A stretch of DNA of 64,000 bases. Source: Octopus sinensis. Its lineage: Eukaryota. Position numbers and translations under genes: made by a program. The notes below the pieces were generated by a model. The model was not told where the DNA came from and ran no database searches. It worked only from the letters and a program-made list of their open reading frames with translations. The stretch covers positions 56,730,001 to 56,794,000 of the forward strand of contig NC_043002.1 of assembly GCF_006345805.1 (NCBI RefSeq). Direction: 5' to 3'. Shown here piece by piece: positions 62,062-64,000 of this stretch. Position 1 is the first letter of the stretch, and the number at the start of each line of letters is the position of its first letter.

Positions 62062-64000
62062 TCATCATCATCATCATAGTTTAACATCCGTTTTCCGTGC
62101 TAGCACGGGTTGGATGGTTCGACTGGGGTCTGGGAAGCACCAGAAGGCTGCACCAGACCCAGTCTGATCTGGCAAAGTTTCTGCAGCTGGATGCCCTTCC
62201 TAACGCCAACCACTCCATGAGTGTAGTGGGTGCTTTTTACGTGCGAACCAGCACAGGTGCCAGATGAGGCTGGCAAACGGCCATGATCGGATGGTGCTTT
62301 TTATGTGCCACCAGCACGGAGGCCAGTCAGGGCTGCGCTGGCAACTGCCACGTTCGGATGGTTCTTTTACATACCACTGACACTGGTATCACAGCTACAA
62401 TTTCCATTGATGTTGATCGATTTCAATTTTGATTTTGATTTGATTAGATTTTCACTTGCCTCAACAGGTCTTCACAAGTGGAGTTTTGTGTCCCAAGGAG
62501 GAATGGTATGCATAAGTGGACTGGCTACATCCCAGGTAGAGGCCACAGGTTATGGCCTCACTTATCCTGCCAGGTCTTCACATGCACAGCATACTTCCAT
62601 ACTAGCGCAAACGTCTCGCTTGCACACCACAACTGATGCTTCTTAGGTCCAACTTTTCTCTCAAGGTACTTACACTCTGTCGAGTGTGAACACTGACATT
62701 ACACATCCATCGGAGCATACTGGCTTCATTTCTTGCGAGCTTACGCATATCCTCAGCAGTCACGGCCCATGTTTCACTGCCATGTAGCATGGCTGTTCGT
62801 ACACATGAGTCATACAGTCTGCCTTTTACTCTGAGCGAGAGGCCTTTTGTCTCCAGCAGAGGTAAGAGCTTTCTGAACTTTGCTCAAGCTATTCTTACTC
62901 TAGCGGTTACACTTTCAGCACCTCCCCCCACTACTGACTTGGTCACCTAGGTAATGGAAGCTATCAACTATTTCTAGTTTTTCTCCCTGGGATGTGGTGG
63001 AAGTTGGTCTCTGCGCATTTTCAGTGTTTATTGCTCCCGAGCATCTGCCACATACAAAAACTATCTTCCTAGTTAGCCTTCCTTTGACATTACTGCACCT
63101 CTTATGTGTCCATAGCTTACACTTGGTGCATCTTGTAGAGTTTCTACCTACACCTTTTCTACAGATCGAGCAGGGCCATCTACCTGAAGGCATTTGTGAT
63201 TTGTCTACTTTCCTACTTATTAGGACTTTGGTTTTAGCTAGGTTGACTCTAAGGCCCTTCGATTCTAATCCTTGCTTCCACACCCGAAACTTCTCCACCA
63301 GTTCTGATAGTGACTCAGCAATTAGAGCAAGGTCACCAGCATAGAGGAGCTCCCAGGGGCATCCTGTCTTGAATTCTTCCGTTATTGCCTAGAAGACTAT
63401 GATAAATAGGAGGGGCTGAGGACTGAACATTGGTGGACCCCTACCTCTACTCTGAATTCTTCACTGTACTCACTGCCAACCCTCACCTTACTAGCAGCAT
63501 CCCTGTACATGACTCGCACAGCTCTCACTAACCATTCATCTATCCCTAGTTTCCTCATTGACCACCAGATAAGGGATCGGGGTATGACTCCTTTGTGTAT
63601 CACCTGATTAACTATACTGGTGACTAGGCTATAGCCGACACTACCAGATATTTTGAGGATTTCTGCAGCAATTCCTGATGGGCCTGAGGCTTTCCCTGTC
63701 TTCATGCTTCTAATTGCCTTAGCTACTAAGGAACTGTCAACTCGGATAGCTGGTCCCTCTATTGGGTCGACATTCGGCAGACTCTCTTTATCCCATTCAT
63801 TTTCTTTATTCAGCAACCTTTCATAGTGGCGTCTCCAAACCCCTCTCTTTGCATCATCATTTAGCGCAAGTGAACCATCATCCATGTGGACACATTTCTC
63901 TCCTACCACATCACGATTTTCTCTCACAGACTGTCTTGCAACATGAAATACCTCAAGTCTTTGGTCATCACGGCGCAGAACATTGGCAAATTTTTTCTTA
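62062..64000 (-). mobile_element. Second RTE-clade LINE copy (defective: stop, frameshifts, internal deletions), continues beyond the window
   Basis: ORF pieces 62602-62790, 62915-63298, 63397-63927 are homologous to the 830-aa ORF; YADD changed to YAGD; (ATG)n tail abuts (TA)n. Confidence 0.93.

Overview
AT-rich, microsatellite-dense animal genomic DNA. The SINE/LINE repertoire points to a coleoid cephalopod (octopus-like); this is inferred, not searched. No recognisable host protein-coding exon is present. A transposon-poor, CpG-retaining island at about 12.5-17.3 kb looks like a promoter/first-exon region with candidate splice donors, and the rest looks intronic or intergenic. Mobile elements dominate: two RTE-clade LINE copies (42.6-45.4 kb, 62.1-64 kb) whose ORF carries a C4HC3 PHD-type finger inside the RT region, two abundant tRNA-derived SINE families with exchangeable tails, a deleted piggyBac with derived TTAA MITEs, hAT MITEs with 8-bp TSDs, a Tc1/mariner remnant and Helitron/Helentron-type elements. 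The most unusual signal is a set of minimal type-I hammerhead ribozyme motifs (CUGAUGA..GAAA..UH, palindromic stem III) in three unrelated short repeat families. These include a tRNA-promoter + hammerhead element with Penelope-like inverted-end geometry and a TSD (60.7-61.0 kb, second copy at 41.5 kb), and a 606-bp inverted repeat with a hammerhead in each arm (56.4-57.0 kb). All alignments and counts were done by eye; SINE boundaries are approximate.
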